A stretch of DNA of 63,978 nucleotides, the filler included, from Trypethelium eluteriae (Eukaryota): assembly GCA_051942245.1 (NCBI GenBank). It is 4 parts of 4 records of this genome, joined end to end, with 100 filler letters (N's around TTAATTAATTAA, not from the genome) between each part and the next. Parts side by side here need not be neighbours in the genome. Positions count along the whole stretch, not along the records: positions 16,059 to 32,006 come from JAVECL010000635.1; positions 32,107 to 48,044 come from JAVECL010000636.1; 2 more parts are not named here. One strand, 5' to 3'. Under the pieces are notes generated by a model that ran no database searches, was not told the origin of the DNA, and saw only the letters and a program-made list of their open reading frames with translations. Position numbers and translations under genes: made by a program. Positions 22,833 to 32,484 of this stretch are shown in pieces (position 1 is the stretch's first letter; each line of letters starts with the position of its first letter).

Positions 22833-24917
22833 TTATGAAACTCTCTGCCTCTTTCCCGAGGGTTCCCCGTTGACTTGTCGTCTCTGTACCCTAGGGCCAT
22901 CTGGCGCTGAAGGAGGAATCCCACTCGCGGTACTACCAACGGCCCTTTCAGTAGCGCGTTCATCTCTGTGACTTTCTGGGGATTCAGGGCGGCTGGTAGC
23001 CTTAGCAGTGTCAGAATTTCGCGTCCGTGAGGGCCGTAAGCTGACAGAGAAGAAGATCAGCTCATTAGAGCGATCACGGGAGAAGAAGTCTTCGTTAGAG
23101 CCCTTGGCCGACCCTATCATCGAATTCTCTTCGTTGCCGAGCTCTGACTTGGGTAACTCGTCTTCATGCTCGTTCTTCGCAGCGGTACTTTCCTCCTCAT
23201 CGTCATCTTTGTCAATATATTTTCCCATGGCCTTCTCCATGGCGTCGGCCTGTTTCTGTCTCGTCCCGGACGAGAAGAAACCTCTTCTGCTTGATTTTCT
23301 TTCGTCAGAACCATCTCCTCCCTTGCCAGTCTTATTCTCTTTCTCTTCTTCTGATTTCTCCTCTTCTGCCGTCTCATCGTAAGTCCACATATCTTTGGCT
23401 TCTCCCTTTATCAGTCCCGTGAGCCAGACAGACCCTAGCACACCTGGTACGAGATACAGCAGCGCGGGCTGTGCGTGGTCTGCAATCTGCATGACGATTA
23501 ACGTGACGCACATACCCAAGATATAGCCAAATATAGCAGCATAGAAGTATGGTTTGGAAAATGACACGCTGTCTGCTGACCATACTCCGGTGCTAACATT
23601 CTTGGCGAATGCAGGCAGGAATAGGCCACCCCAAGACAGTGACCAGAAGCGGTCACCCCAACGGCCGGAGACGGATGTGTAAGGCGCCTTCAGAACTTCC
23701 CATTTAGTCTCCTCTATATCCTCTACGTCTTGATTTTGGTCGGCAGGATCCGTCGTCTTGTCTTCCTTCTCCGATATTAGGTTTACAATCTGCCTGCGCT
23801 GTTGCTTCTTGAGGTAGTGCATGTATAGGTCGAATCTCAGTGCCAATCCTATCACGATCCCAGGAAGTACAATATCTCCCAGTCCCAGCATGGACAGATT
23901 CAACTGATCTGGAGGGGCTCCTTCTGGCGCCGGCCTTGGAAATAACAATTTTATTGGTACATCCAACTCCTTTGCGACAGTCACCATCATGGGTGTGTAG
24001 AAAACGAAGTAAACATCATACAAAAACAACGCTCCCAGTATCAGGCTTCCCGTAGCGAATGTAGTGGGCGACATGAACTGAAGCGCGCTATAAGCGAAGG
24101 CGAATCCAAGAATATTTGTAAGAAACCAGGGACGAGAGACAAAGTTGAAGTAGGCGACACAAGATAGGCCAATGAATGCGCCTAAAAGCCCCACAGCACC
24201 CATTAACAGTTTGCCGCTCACGATACTCCGAATATGAAGTCTTATGGCAAGCCTTTGGGAGAGCTGAGTACGAATGATCCACAGCAGACTGTTGAGCGTC
24301 ACGGGGAGGGGGATCCTTGAGAAAATTCCTGGCAAGGGTGAAGTCCTAGACTTTCCCTCAACATCTTGGCTATTATCTGAGACAGCCCTTCTTTCCGTAT
24401 CGCTAACCCTCCAGATCACGCCCCGATCTAGGTAATATCTGGGGAATGCGAGGCCGCGTAGGAGGACCAAGCAATCCGTAGCCAGCCTACCCACACTGAA
24501 GACTGCAAATCCCGAGAAATACCAGTTGATTATTTTGTTCAGCAAGGCTGCATCTTGAAGCCATTTTATAAGAAAATACAATCCGGAAAGAGTAGCTCCT
24601 GCGAGTAACGGAAACATGATGGCATCAGAAGGGGACAGGCCTTCCATGCGCGTTTGTTTCTCCTCGTCATCCTCCTCCTCTTCTCCTGCTTTATCTCTAG
24701 CCTTGTCTCGCTTCGGAGGCTTTGCGGCAGAGGACGGGCGAGAGAGCGAGGCGTGGGCGCCTGTGAAGATTGGAAAGAGCGCCGAGAGGATGAGATGGAG
24801 ATACATGGGGAAGAAAGGCTGCATCTGTGATAAGTGAAAAGCGACGCGTCCAAAGAGTTCGGTAGCAGGGCCCAGGGAGGTCATGTTGAAACTGTTGAAG
24901 CTTGCAGAGTCTGCCAT
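22833..24917 (-). CDS. Signal peptide peptidase (A22B intramembrane aspartyl protease, SppA/Ypf1-like)
   Basis: Catalytic motifs LFLYDVYFVF and LGLGDIVLPG, plus QPALLYLVP; multiple transmembrane segments. Confidence 0.93.
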   Translation of the reverse strand: MADSASFNSFNMTSLGPATELFGRVAFHLSQMQPFFPMYLHLILSALFPIFTGAHASLSRPSSAAKPPKRDKARDKAGEEEEDDEEKQTRMEGLSPSDAIMFPLLAGATLSGLYFLIKWLQDAALLNKIINWYFSGFAVFSVGRLATDCLVLLRGLAFPRYYLDRGVIWRVSDTERRAVSDNSQDVEGKSRTSPLPGIFSRIPLPVTLNSLLWIIRTQLSQRLAIRLHIRSIVSGKLLMGAVGLLGAFIGLSCVAYFNFVSRPWFLTNILGFAFAYSALQFMSPTTFATGSLILGALFLYDVYFVFYTPMMVTVAKELDVPIKLLFPRPAPEGAPPDQLNLSMLGLGDIVLPGIVIGLALRFDLYMHYLKKQQRRQIVNLISEKEDKTTDPADQNQDVEDIEETKWEVLKAPYTSVSGRWGDRFWSLSWGGLFLPAFAKNVSTGVWSADSVSFSKPYFYAAIFGYILGMCVTLIVMQIADHAQPALLYLVPGVLGSVWLTGLIKGEAKDMWTYDETAEEEKSEEEKENKTGKGGDGSDERKSSRRGFFSSGTRQKQADAMEKAMGKYIDKDDDEEESTAAKNEHEDELPKSELGNEENSMIGSAKGSNEDFFSRDRSNELIFFSVSLRPSRTRNSDTAKATSRPESPESHRDERATERAVGSTASGIPPSAPDGPRVQRRQVNGEPSGKRQRVS

Positions 24918-25348
24918 AGCTATTTATGGATGCCTGAATGTGCTGTGCAAATTAATAGCCTTCTAGAATTGAATAAGTCGTAGGAACTGCTTGGTTTACT
25001 AGACCCCCCGCAACTCAGTTCGCTGCCGTCGCTGCTTCCGTGTACAGTGATGTGGCATTCTCGGAAGTGTCGTTAGGTATACTTGATAATGTACGTTCGC
25101 AAACGCTCGTTCCAAATTTGTACAGAGAGGTCAGGCACCTAAGAGGTACCGAGTACACCTCACCTAACACTTCACGCGTCGGCACGGGACCTCGCGTTCT
25201 TACCCGACGCGGTGTCGTCATTCTATCGCTTCACGGCTGCGACAGGCAATTCGAATATGAAACCAACTTGATGTCTTGTAAGTAATGATAGAAATCTGTC
25301 ATGTGAAGTGTAGACCAAATTAAATTGAATTAAGTAATTGTTTTGAGA

Positions 25349-26884
25349 TTACTCGTCATCTGGTTCGGCATCTAACTCATCCATATCCTCATCAAGATCA
25401 CTCAATCCACTACTTTCATCATCGTTATCTGTATCCGTGTCAACCTTCTTGCTCTTCTTCGCCTTCTTGGTAGACCCTCCAGCAGCACCCTTTCGGCTAC
25501 CCGTACGCTTGACTAAACGCTCAATCGGACAACCTTTCCCCCAGTCCGCACTGGCTTCTCCGGTAATGGCTCTGCATCTCGGACAAGTCTTTCCATGTTT
25601 GATAAGAAGGTAATGCAAGGGGTACTTAAGATCATCCGGAATGCGCACTTCGCAGTGACTATACGTGGTGTTGCGCGTAGCCTTCGTCGGTGGCACCCAG
25701 CGTAGCCATTTGCAAAGTCTGAAGACGTGCGTATCAACTGCAAAGCTTGGGCGTTGAAGGCAGAAAAGTAACACACACGACGCTGTCTTGGGACCAATCC
25801 CAGGATACTTTATGAGATGATCGAAAGCTTCGTCATTCGATACAAGGTGAAGGTGGTCCAATGATAGGACATTAGACTCAGCACGGTCGATCTCGTCTTT
25901 CTTCTCGCTTGCATTTTCGTTCTCGACTCCTTCCGGTCCCTTGGTATTCTCATCAGATTCGGCCTTGACTAAAGACTCGCGCCGAGCTTGATTCTCTTCG
26001 TAGACCAACTGCAAGATTGTCTTGATATCCCTGCTCTTGACATCCGCAAGACCGCCACTCTTGATTGCTTCGAACACTTCTTTGGTTGGCGCCGTACGTA
26101 CTTTGTTCCAGTCTACACTACCCTTGCCAATGCCCTCTTCAATGATGCCAAATTTCTGCACCAGACCCTGGAATGCACGAGACGAGTTTGTGTTGGAAGT
26201 AGCTGCACTCAACCGTGTGCGAATTAATGCATCAAGTACAGATGGAACCTCTCCACAGCCAGCGACATTCAGTGATGGCGTTGGTATTTTCTTTGGTACC
26301 TTCACTTCCCCATGAACCTTGGAAAGTTCTCGCACGACCTCGTGGCACTCCTCAGGAGTCGGATGGGGCCAGTCGGGGAATGGTGTTTCGCCTCGTGTAA
26401 GCCCGTAATTATTGCCCTTGGCCTTTTTACCCTTCTTTGCGGAGTTTGGAGTTCTTGCTTCAGCTTCCTGGTCCTGAATTTCAGGGCCTAACTTCGTTTG
26501 TCCTGTGCTAGGAGATTGTGGTTCAATCTTGCGTGACTTCGTTTGTGGGGTTTCATCTTCTCTCGTAGGTTCACTACTTCGACCTTGGTCCCCACCGAAG
26601 CTCTGGAGGTTGTGAGGCAATTCGTCCTGGTCTTCCTCCTGCTTTAGATTCGTTCTCGTCCGCTTCCGAGAGCCTGCTGGGGTGGACGGCTGAGCCTTAG
26701 CTACCCGGCCCTTAGAGCCTTTCTCGGAGACTCTAGAATTTGGCGTCTTACGCCCATTTGCTTTGCCTTTTTGCGGATCCGGTGTAGCTGGTGGACTGGA
26801 AAGCTGCTGAGGCTCCGGCTTTACAGGATTTCTACCTGTGGCCGGCGAGGACGCTACAGACGAGCGAGTCACTCTTCGAGCCAT
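25349..26884 (-). CDS. HhH-GPD family base-excision DNA glycosylase
   Basis: YPGIGPKTASCVLLF (HhH), FAVDTHVFRL (catalytic Asp), C-terminal HGKTCPRC...CP; ATG at 26884 (MARRVTRSS). Confidence 0.88.
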   Translation of the reverse strand: MARRVTRSSVASSPATGRNPVKPEPQQLSSPPATPDPQKGKANGRKTPNSRVSEKGSKGRVAKAQPSTPAGSRKRTRTNLKQEEDQDELPHNLQSFGGDQGRSSEPTREDETPQTKSRKIEPQSPSTGQTKLGPEIQDQEAEARTPNSAKKGKKAKGNNYGLTRGETPFPDWPHPTPEECHEVVRELSKVHGEVKVPKKIPTPSLNVAGCGEVPSVLDALIRTRLSAATSNTNSSRAFQGLVQKFGIIEEGIGKGSVDWNKVRTAPTKEVFEAIKSGGLADVKSRDIKTILQLVYEENQARRESLVKAESDENTKGPEGVENENASEKKDEIDRAESNVLSLDHLHLVSNDEAFDHLIKYPGIGPKTASCVLLFCLQRPSFAVDTHVFRLCKWLRWVPPTKATRNTTYSHCEVRIPDDLKYPLHYLLIKHGKTCPRCRAITGEASADWGKGCPIERLVKRTGSRKGAAGGSTKKAKKSKKVDTDTDNDDESSGLSDLDEDMDELDAEPDDE

Positions 26885-27643
26885 AATCAAGGGATGTGAT
26901 GAGAAAAGAACTATTGGCCCAGACTTCTTTTGAGTGAAGAGTATATTACTCTTCAGAATGCGTAGAAAGAGAATGATTGCAACGAAGCACGGATTTCGAG
27001 GAAACTTTGCTCAATCAACAGAGAGCTTGGCAGTACAAAAGCAAGTGAACACAGGACGTGTACTGCGTCAAATAGAAAATAGGGAAACGCAGCAAGCTTC
27101 AAGCACTGATTAGTACTTTTCTGGGCAGCGAACTATACTCTTGATGAATGTGGCTTGAAAGAAGATTAATATGACGTCTCCAGTTGCTGGCTCGATCAAT
27201 CGAGTGATGGGCCCAAGCGTCAACTTCAGTCCCTGTCGATCGCCGCCAGGGGCTTTGCAACCGAAGGCTTATCGTACCCATTCGTGCCATTGAAACTTCG
27301 ACTTCAACAATCTACCGTGTCCTATCATCAGTCTCGGTGGACTCAAGGCATGCTCAGAGCCTCGCTGTCGAGATGTTGTGTCAGGCGCTGTTGAGAAAGC
27401 CTGGTTGTGCAGGTGGCTGTGTGGGTTCAGGTGATCTGCCTTGCAAAGTTCCCTCATCTCCATCCACAGCCTTAGGCATACACACGCCGCAACCACGCAA
27501 AATATAACATTGCGTCCTGCAGGAAAGCTTGGTAAAGTCCAGACTTCTCTTATTTCTCTCTCAGCCGGCTCCTTTTTCCTGGTCAAAGTATTTCTCAGCC
27601 GAATAAGAAGAAGTTTGAGACCAACCAACAACCAATCGTACCG

Positions 27644-28444
27644 ATGAAGCTCCTTAACATCTTCCTCATCTGCTCCACTGGCTCTTTTGCAACAGCGAAG
27701 TCGCAAAGTACCATCGTGGATACGAATAGGCTGATGTCCCAAAGTACGAATCGTCAAACATACTTGGAGCAATTTTACCAATGCAGCAGTACCTTCATAA
27801 CGGATTCAGAGCGTATGGAGGAGTGTGCAGACTCATTATCTCACGATCTTCCGGTGTTGACAAGAGACCTAGAGTTGCACATGATGCAGGACCACTCTCG
27901 TACTTGGGCTGTCGTTGTGGCTGAGCAAGTCTCCACTCTCATAGACGAGGTCAAGCAGATGCTTAGTGAAGTCAAGATCAGTAAGGTCCCAAGCGATGCT
28001 CTTGCATGGGTCCAGGCCCATCCAACGCAGGCAGCTTCCTATGCTATCTGGGCAGGATATGTATTCACTCTTTCCTTCCCTGCATGGGTCAATTGTCCTC
28101 TACTTTCTACCGTCGGTCTTTCTGCGGAGGGTCCAAAAGCTCGTAAGTCCCTCCAGCACCATATCTAAATATCTCAGCTTACCAAATATTTTATTGAAGG
28201 ATCTATTGCTGCTATTGCTCAGAGCAAAATGACCCGTGTTGTCGCAAAAGGTGTCCTTGCCCACCTTCAGGGTGCTCAAATGGGAGGCTATGGGGTCGGT
28301 CCTGTAAACATGGGCACTCGTGTGAGTATTGCTGTTTCTGATCTTGCAAGTTATTTCTCTGCAAGAAATTGGAGAGACGGGTTCGCATCAAGCGTCGATC
28401 ATCCTAAGCTGGTGGCACCGGAGCACAGCACCGAATCGTCGTGA
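27644..28444 (+). CDS. Small glycine-zipper membrane protein, IFI6/IFI27 (ISG12)-like, copy A, with putative signal peptide
   Basis: Exon 1 27644-28142, intron 28143-28199, exon 2 to 28444. Spliced product ...PLLSTVGLSAEGPKA|RSIAAIAQSKMTRVVAKGVLAHLQGAQMGGYGVGPVN... The family call is from motif recognition (G.GP..GS.AA..QS....V..G..FA.LQS..MGG). Confidence 0.7.
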
Positions 28445-28904
28445 AGCCCTCTTACTACATCGCCAGCAGCCATAACAACAAGAATCCCGGCAAGTCAGGC
28501 ACTAGAAGGTGAGGATTGCAGCATAGTCAAAGACGCGGGAATGAAAAGATTAGCACACCTTGAATATTCGGAAAGAGCAGTTGATGTCTATCGAGCATCG
28601 CACCTAATTTTGACATTCAGAGCCGCATGAATATAGGTGCACTCGAAGACTAGTCCAGAAGGTTGTGGAACCATTTGTTCATCACAGTCATGCGAAAAAA
28701 GTGTCCACTCGTTGGCTCGGGAAAATTGCTGGGAGTTGCCCAGACACTTCTGTTCTAGTGCTGTACATGCTCTGAATATAAAAGAGAGGATAGAGCCTAG
28801 TATCGCTTATGCCGTCCACGTTCACCCACTTCCCTCTATCAGCTTATTCCTTCATAACTTTGATCACATGCCCGGAGTTGATGCGAGAACATTGACCTGT
28901 GCAT

Positions 28905-29403
28905 CTACTGGCCGCCAAAAAAGCGAAAGATTGCTGCCGCCGCCATTCCAATGGCACCTCCAGCAGCTACAACCCCGTTCACTATTGCAGCACCGAAGCC
29001 CCCTATTCCAGCACTCTGCAGAATGGCGAACAAGCTTCCACCAGCGACAGGCGCGATTATGCTCTGGATGCCAGCTGCGATCGAGCCTAAATCAAAAGAT
29101 TGTAGTCAATATTGACTTTATCGATGGAGGGTACTGAGATACTCACCAGCAACGGGTCCAGCAGCACCAAATCCCAAGAGGCCAAGCAGTGGACCGGTGA
29201 AAAGAGCTGGCAATATGAAAAGGATACCGCCGACGAGGAAAGGGACAATGAATGCCATATTGTTGCGGGGGACTACGTCGAGGACGTGATGAGGGATGTT
29301 CTGCTCCCGAAGCCGGACTACGCGACGATCGTTGTCTGTGAGGCACTCGACGCCTGCGTCGTTTCTTATCTCCTCGGGCAGTCCTTCTTTTGTGGTCTCT
29401 TCC
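28905..29403 (-). CDS. IFI6/IFI27-like glycine-zipper protein, copy D (absent from the ORF track; true start uncertain, internal ATG at 29258)
   Basis: Spliced frame (intron 29146-29087, GTGAGT..TTAG): MAFIVPFLVGGILFILPALFTGPLLGLLGFGAAGPVA|GSIAAGIQSIIAPVAGGSLFAILQSAGIGGFGAAIVNGVVAAGGAIGMAAAAIFRFFGGQ*. The putative upstream exon has an in-frame TGA. Confidence 0.75.
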
Positions 29404-29609
29404 TATGCGAGACACTTTTAGGTACTACGAGACCGTGAGAAGACAGTCATCACACTTACTATTGGAGGTTGTTGGTTTAGATGACTTATTCAGCAGAGGT
29501 TGTGAATTTTGTTCAAGCAGCAGATGTCGATAGATGAACCTAGTAGGGTAAAGGAAGAGGTCTCGAGGAGAAAAGCCTCTCAAGACAGTGCTGGCTAGTC
29601 AGTATTCGG

Positions 29610-30196
29610 ATGTGGGCCGTGAAAGTGGTGATCTCCAGGGCCACCACTGGAAGGTTTTCACGAATATGTGATTCATGGGTTGTGGATTACATACACTCGA
29701 TGGAGAAACACGTCGAGACTTCAGCAGTGTCCTTGAGAGCCGACTTTCGAGTAATCATTCCAAGCACACTTGTGTTAGGAGCAGTGGAAATACTAAAGAT
29801 ACCACGAGCCCCCATAGTTTATTGTTTGAGTTCTTGTGATTTGGACTATTTGAATACTGAAAAGCCAATACATGTGCCAATCTGCCGAACTGGATTGGGG
29901 GTAAAGGGGAGTATCAAAGACCGCAGGAAATCTTTTGAGGTAAGTCTCTAGAAGATAAAGATGCATACGACGAATCGTCTGTTTACGTGTTTGTCATGAC
30001 ACTGTTTGTCTTTGCCCATGTTCAGATTGCAGGCTTGGGAGGCTATGAGGTCGCTGCTGTTAATGTCACAACTCGCTCTGGAATTGCGGCCACTGGCTTC
30101 ATGGATTACTCTAGTTTGTCTCGGATGCTTCCGACAAAAAAAAGGCGACAAGCATCGATGTCTCTAGCGGAGTCCAGGGAACAAAAGCCGGAATGA
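29610..30196 (+). pseudogene. Degenerate paralog of copy A (copy B)
   Basis: DNA GTCTTTGCCCATGTTCAG...TGGGAGGCTATGAGGTCG matches copy A GTCCTTGCCCACCTTCAG...TGGGAGGCTATGGGGTCG. Peptide VFAHVQIAGLGGYEVAAVNVTTRSGIA aligns with VLAHLQGAQMGGYGVGPVNMGTRVSIA. The SIAA..QS segment is missing and the frames are discontinuous. Confidence 0.6.
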
Positions 30197-30525
30197 TCAT
30201 GAAGTCCATGCGCTACGATATTTGTAGCATGTGTGTTTTCATACGAGTATCTGATCATTTTACCTTGGATCTTTGGCTCAGGAATAAGAAGCGCTTTGGG
30301 ATACAGACTGTAGCTCTTCCTTTTCCTGGCTATAAACTCGGCTTGCATGTCCAATCGCAAGCTTGCGGTCAAGTTTGCTGCATTATCCTTGCGAATGGCT
30401 GCATATGCGCCCCATCCACCTCTACAAACTCATCTGCAAAACCTACCCAGTTTACTCCTTCCGTGATCGGGCTTTCCATCTCGCCAGAGAAGTTTCTCAT
30501 TTACTCCGACACGACTGATCACAAG

Positions 30526-31119
30526 ATGACCGATCTTCATCAAGTGCAAATTCACACTCTACGCCTCTTTCAGCAGTCCATCTCCAGCCTAGAGAGGCTG
30601 ACGGTAGCGAGACTGCCGCCTCCTCGTAATATACTGACTCTTGCTACGGAAGTGAGTTATTTGCGTAAGAAAGATACACGAAGATCTGCTTGGCTGAGTG
30701 AAGAATGAAAAGGGAGGCATGGACAGCATCAACGGTGACCTTGTCAAGCACGCAATGGATGTCATATGCGAAAATAAGCGCTTCATCGGATTTTTCCTTG
30801 CGAGCGGTCTTATCTCTATCCGCCCACAGCTTTTCACTGGCGTCTTTCTCGGTGTCCTCGGATTTGGAACTCTTGGACCTGTTGGTGGTGAGTATCCAAG
30901 GGTCATCACCAAGTTTGGACTGAAAAATAACTTCGCTCAGGCTCGATCGCAGCCGCTGTACAGAGCATGATCACGCCTGTCGCTACAGGAGGTCTATTCG
31001 CTATTCTACAAAGCGCCGCCATGGATGGATATGGGGCTGCCAAAGTGCACGCTATTATGGCATTGGGGGGAGTGGTCGGGATGGGCCTCGCGGTAATCGA
31101 TCGCTTCCATGGTAATTAG
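30526..31119 (+). CDS. IFI6/IFI27-like glycine-zipper protein, copy C (3 exons)
   Basis: ATG 30526; introns at about 30652-30703 and 30888-30940. Product ends ...QLFTGVFLGVLGFGTLGPVG|GSIAAAVQSMITPVATGGLFAILQSAAMDGYGAAKVHAIMALGGVVGMGLAVIDRFHGN*. The last intron has the same position and phase as in copies A and D. Confidence 0.75.
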
Positions 31120-32006
31120 AGTAAGGCCATGGCACGGTTTCAGCTCCGAAAATGGCGCAAATAACATCCTCGCTGTCAGCACATAAGTGAGTAAGGCAAG
31201 ACAATGGAAAGGACGGGGATGAAAACTGGCAAGCACTTACCTTGTATTCGATCATGTCAAGAAATGAACAATTGAACTCTTGGACTTGATGCTTGTCCTT
31301 CGAGCTGTACGAATGGGTGCTGTCAAGTGAACATTCAATCTAAACAGAACATGCCAGGTGCTCGCACATCAAGAAATGCAGCCTCCCTTTGTTTTCTTGT
31401 GTGATTAAACATAGCATCTCAGCACTTACCCAGGGGTTGAGCATCCTAAAATCTCCAAATGTGACCTTGCATTTAAGGTTGTTTCTGGCCTGTTGTCACA
31501 ACTTTCTATGACTGAATGCGCAAAGCTGAGCGTGGCAGATGCAGACAGAATTTGATCACTTCGAAAGCTTTAGACTCTAGAAAAAGGATAGTATTATCGC
31601 GTACAGTCTTTCCCAAATCGAGGAACAGTCATTGTAAGTCAGCGAAGTCAGTGGTGGTTTAGGATAGACTAGTCAATGACGTGTGCGCTAGCGACTTCTT
31701 TCGGATGCCTTCAGACTTTCTACATGAGCAACTAGCAAGTAGGCAGAATCTCGATAGCTCATCTTTAATTCCACAAATAATGAAACAAGGTACTGTACGT
31801 CCATCTCATACGTCGCTCGAGGGCATAAATACAATAGATGGGGAGAAATATACATACATGAGTGACAACGAAGTGGTATCTGGAAAGATCAAAACGCCGT
31901 CCCGTTATCATGATCATTCGCATCAGCAGCAATTATCCTGCCCATGCTCGTGCTCATGTCCATTAGCCATACCCCCTTCCGGACCCCCTGCATTACACAC
32001 CCAAAC

Positions 32007-32106
32007 NNNNNNNNNNNNNNNNNNNNNNNNNNNNNNNNNNNNNNNNNNNNTTAATTAATTAANNNNNNNNNNNNNNNNNNNNNNNNNNNNNNNNNNNNNN
32101 NNNNNN
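32007..32106. other. Artificial contig spacer
   Basis: N44-TTAATTAATTAA-N44. Confidence 0.97.
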
Positions 32107-32196
32107 GAGGAGGAGCAGGGGAGGCAGGTTAATGGGGAGCAGCAGGGTGGCGAGCAGGATCAACAGCAGCAGAACGGGGAGTTGGTGGACGTGTAA
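32107..32196 (+). CDS. 3' end of an unidentified gene (Q/E/G-rich tail)
   Basis: EEEQGRQVNGEQQGGEQDQQQQNGELVDV* directly at the contig start. Confidence 0.35.
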   Translation, partial: EEEQGRQVNGEQQGGEQDQQQQNGELVDV

Positions 32197-32484
32197 AGTT
32201 TTGGATGAGTGGTTGTGGTGGCGGTCGTATCTGTGCGGTTTGCTGGCTGTGGACTTTGCATCTTTGTAAGTGGGTAGCGTGCCGTTTCACTTATATTCAG
32301 CTGAATTAGTGCACGTACTTAATTTTACTACAGCCACATTTTTTACAGCTTTACAGGCCTTGGCTTGTTGAGGATAAAGGCGGCTAGACTATTCCATGGA
32401 CGCTCTACGATCTACTTGTACGAAAGTGCATGGGATATGTTGCTAAACTGCTTGATTAACTCCTGGCGGTCGTGCCTCACTTCC

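Noticed and set aside
31700..32006. Possible spliced gene end on the minus strand (VWVCNAGGPEG|gtatgg), perhaps a fifth ISG12-like copy
   Set aside because: No SIAA..QS exon follows and the fragment is too short to identify.
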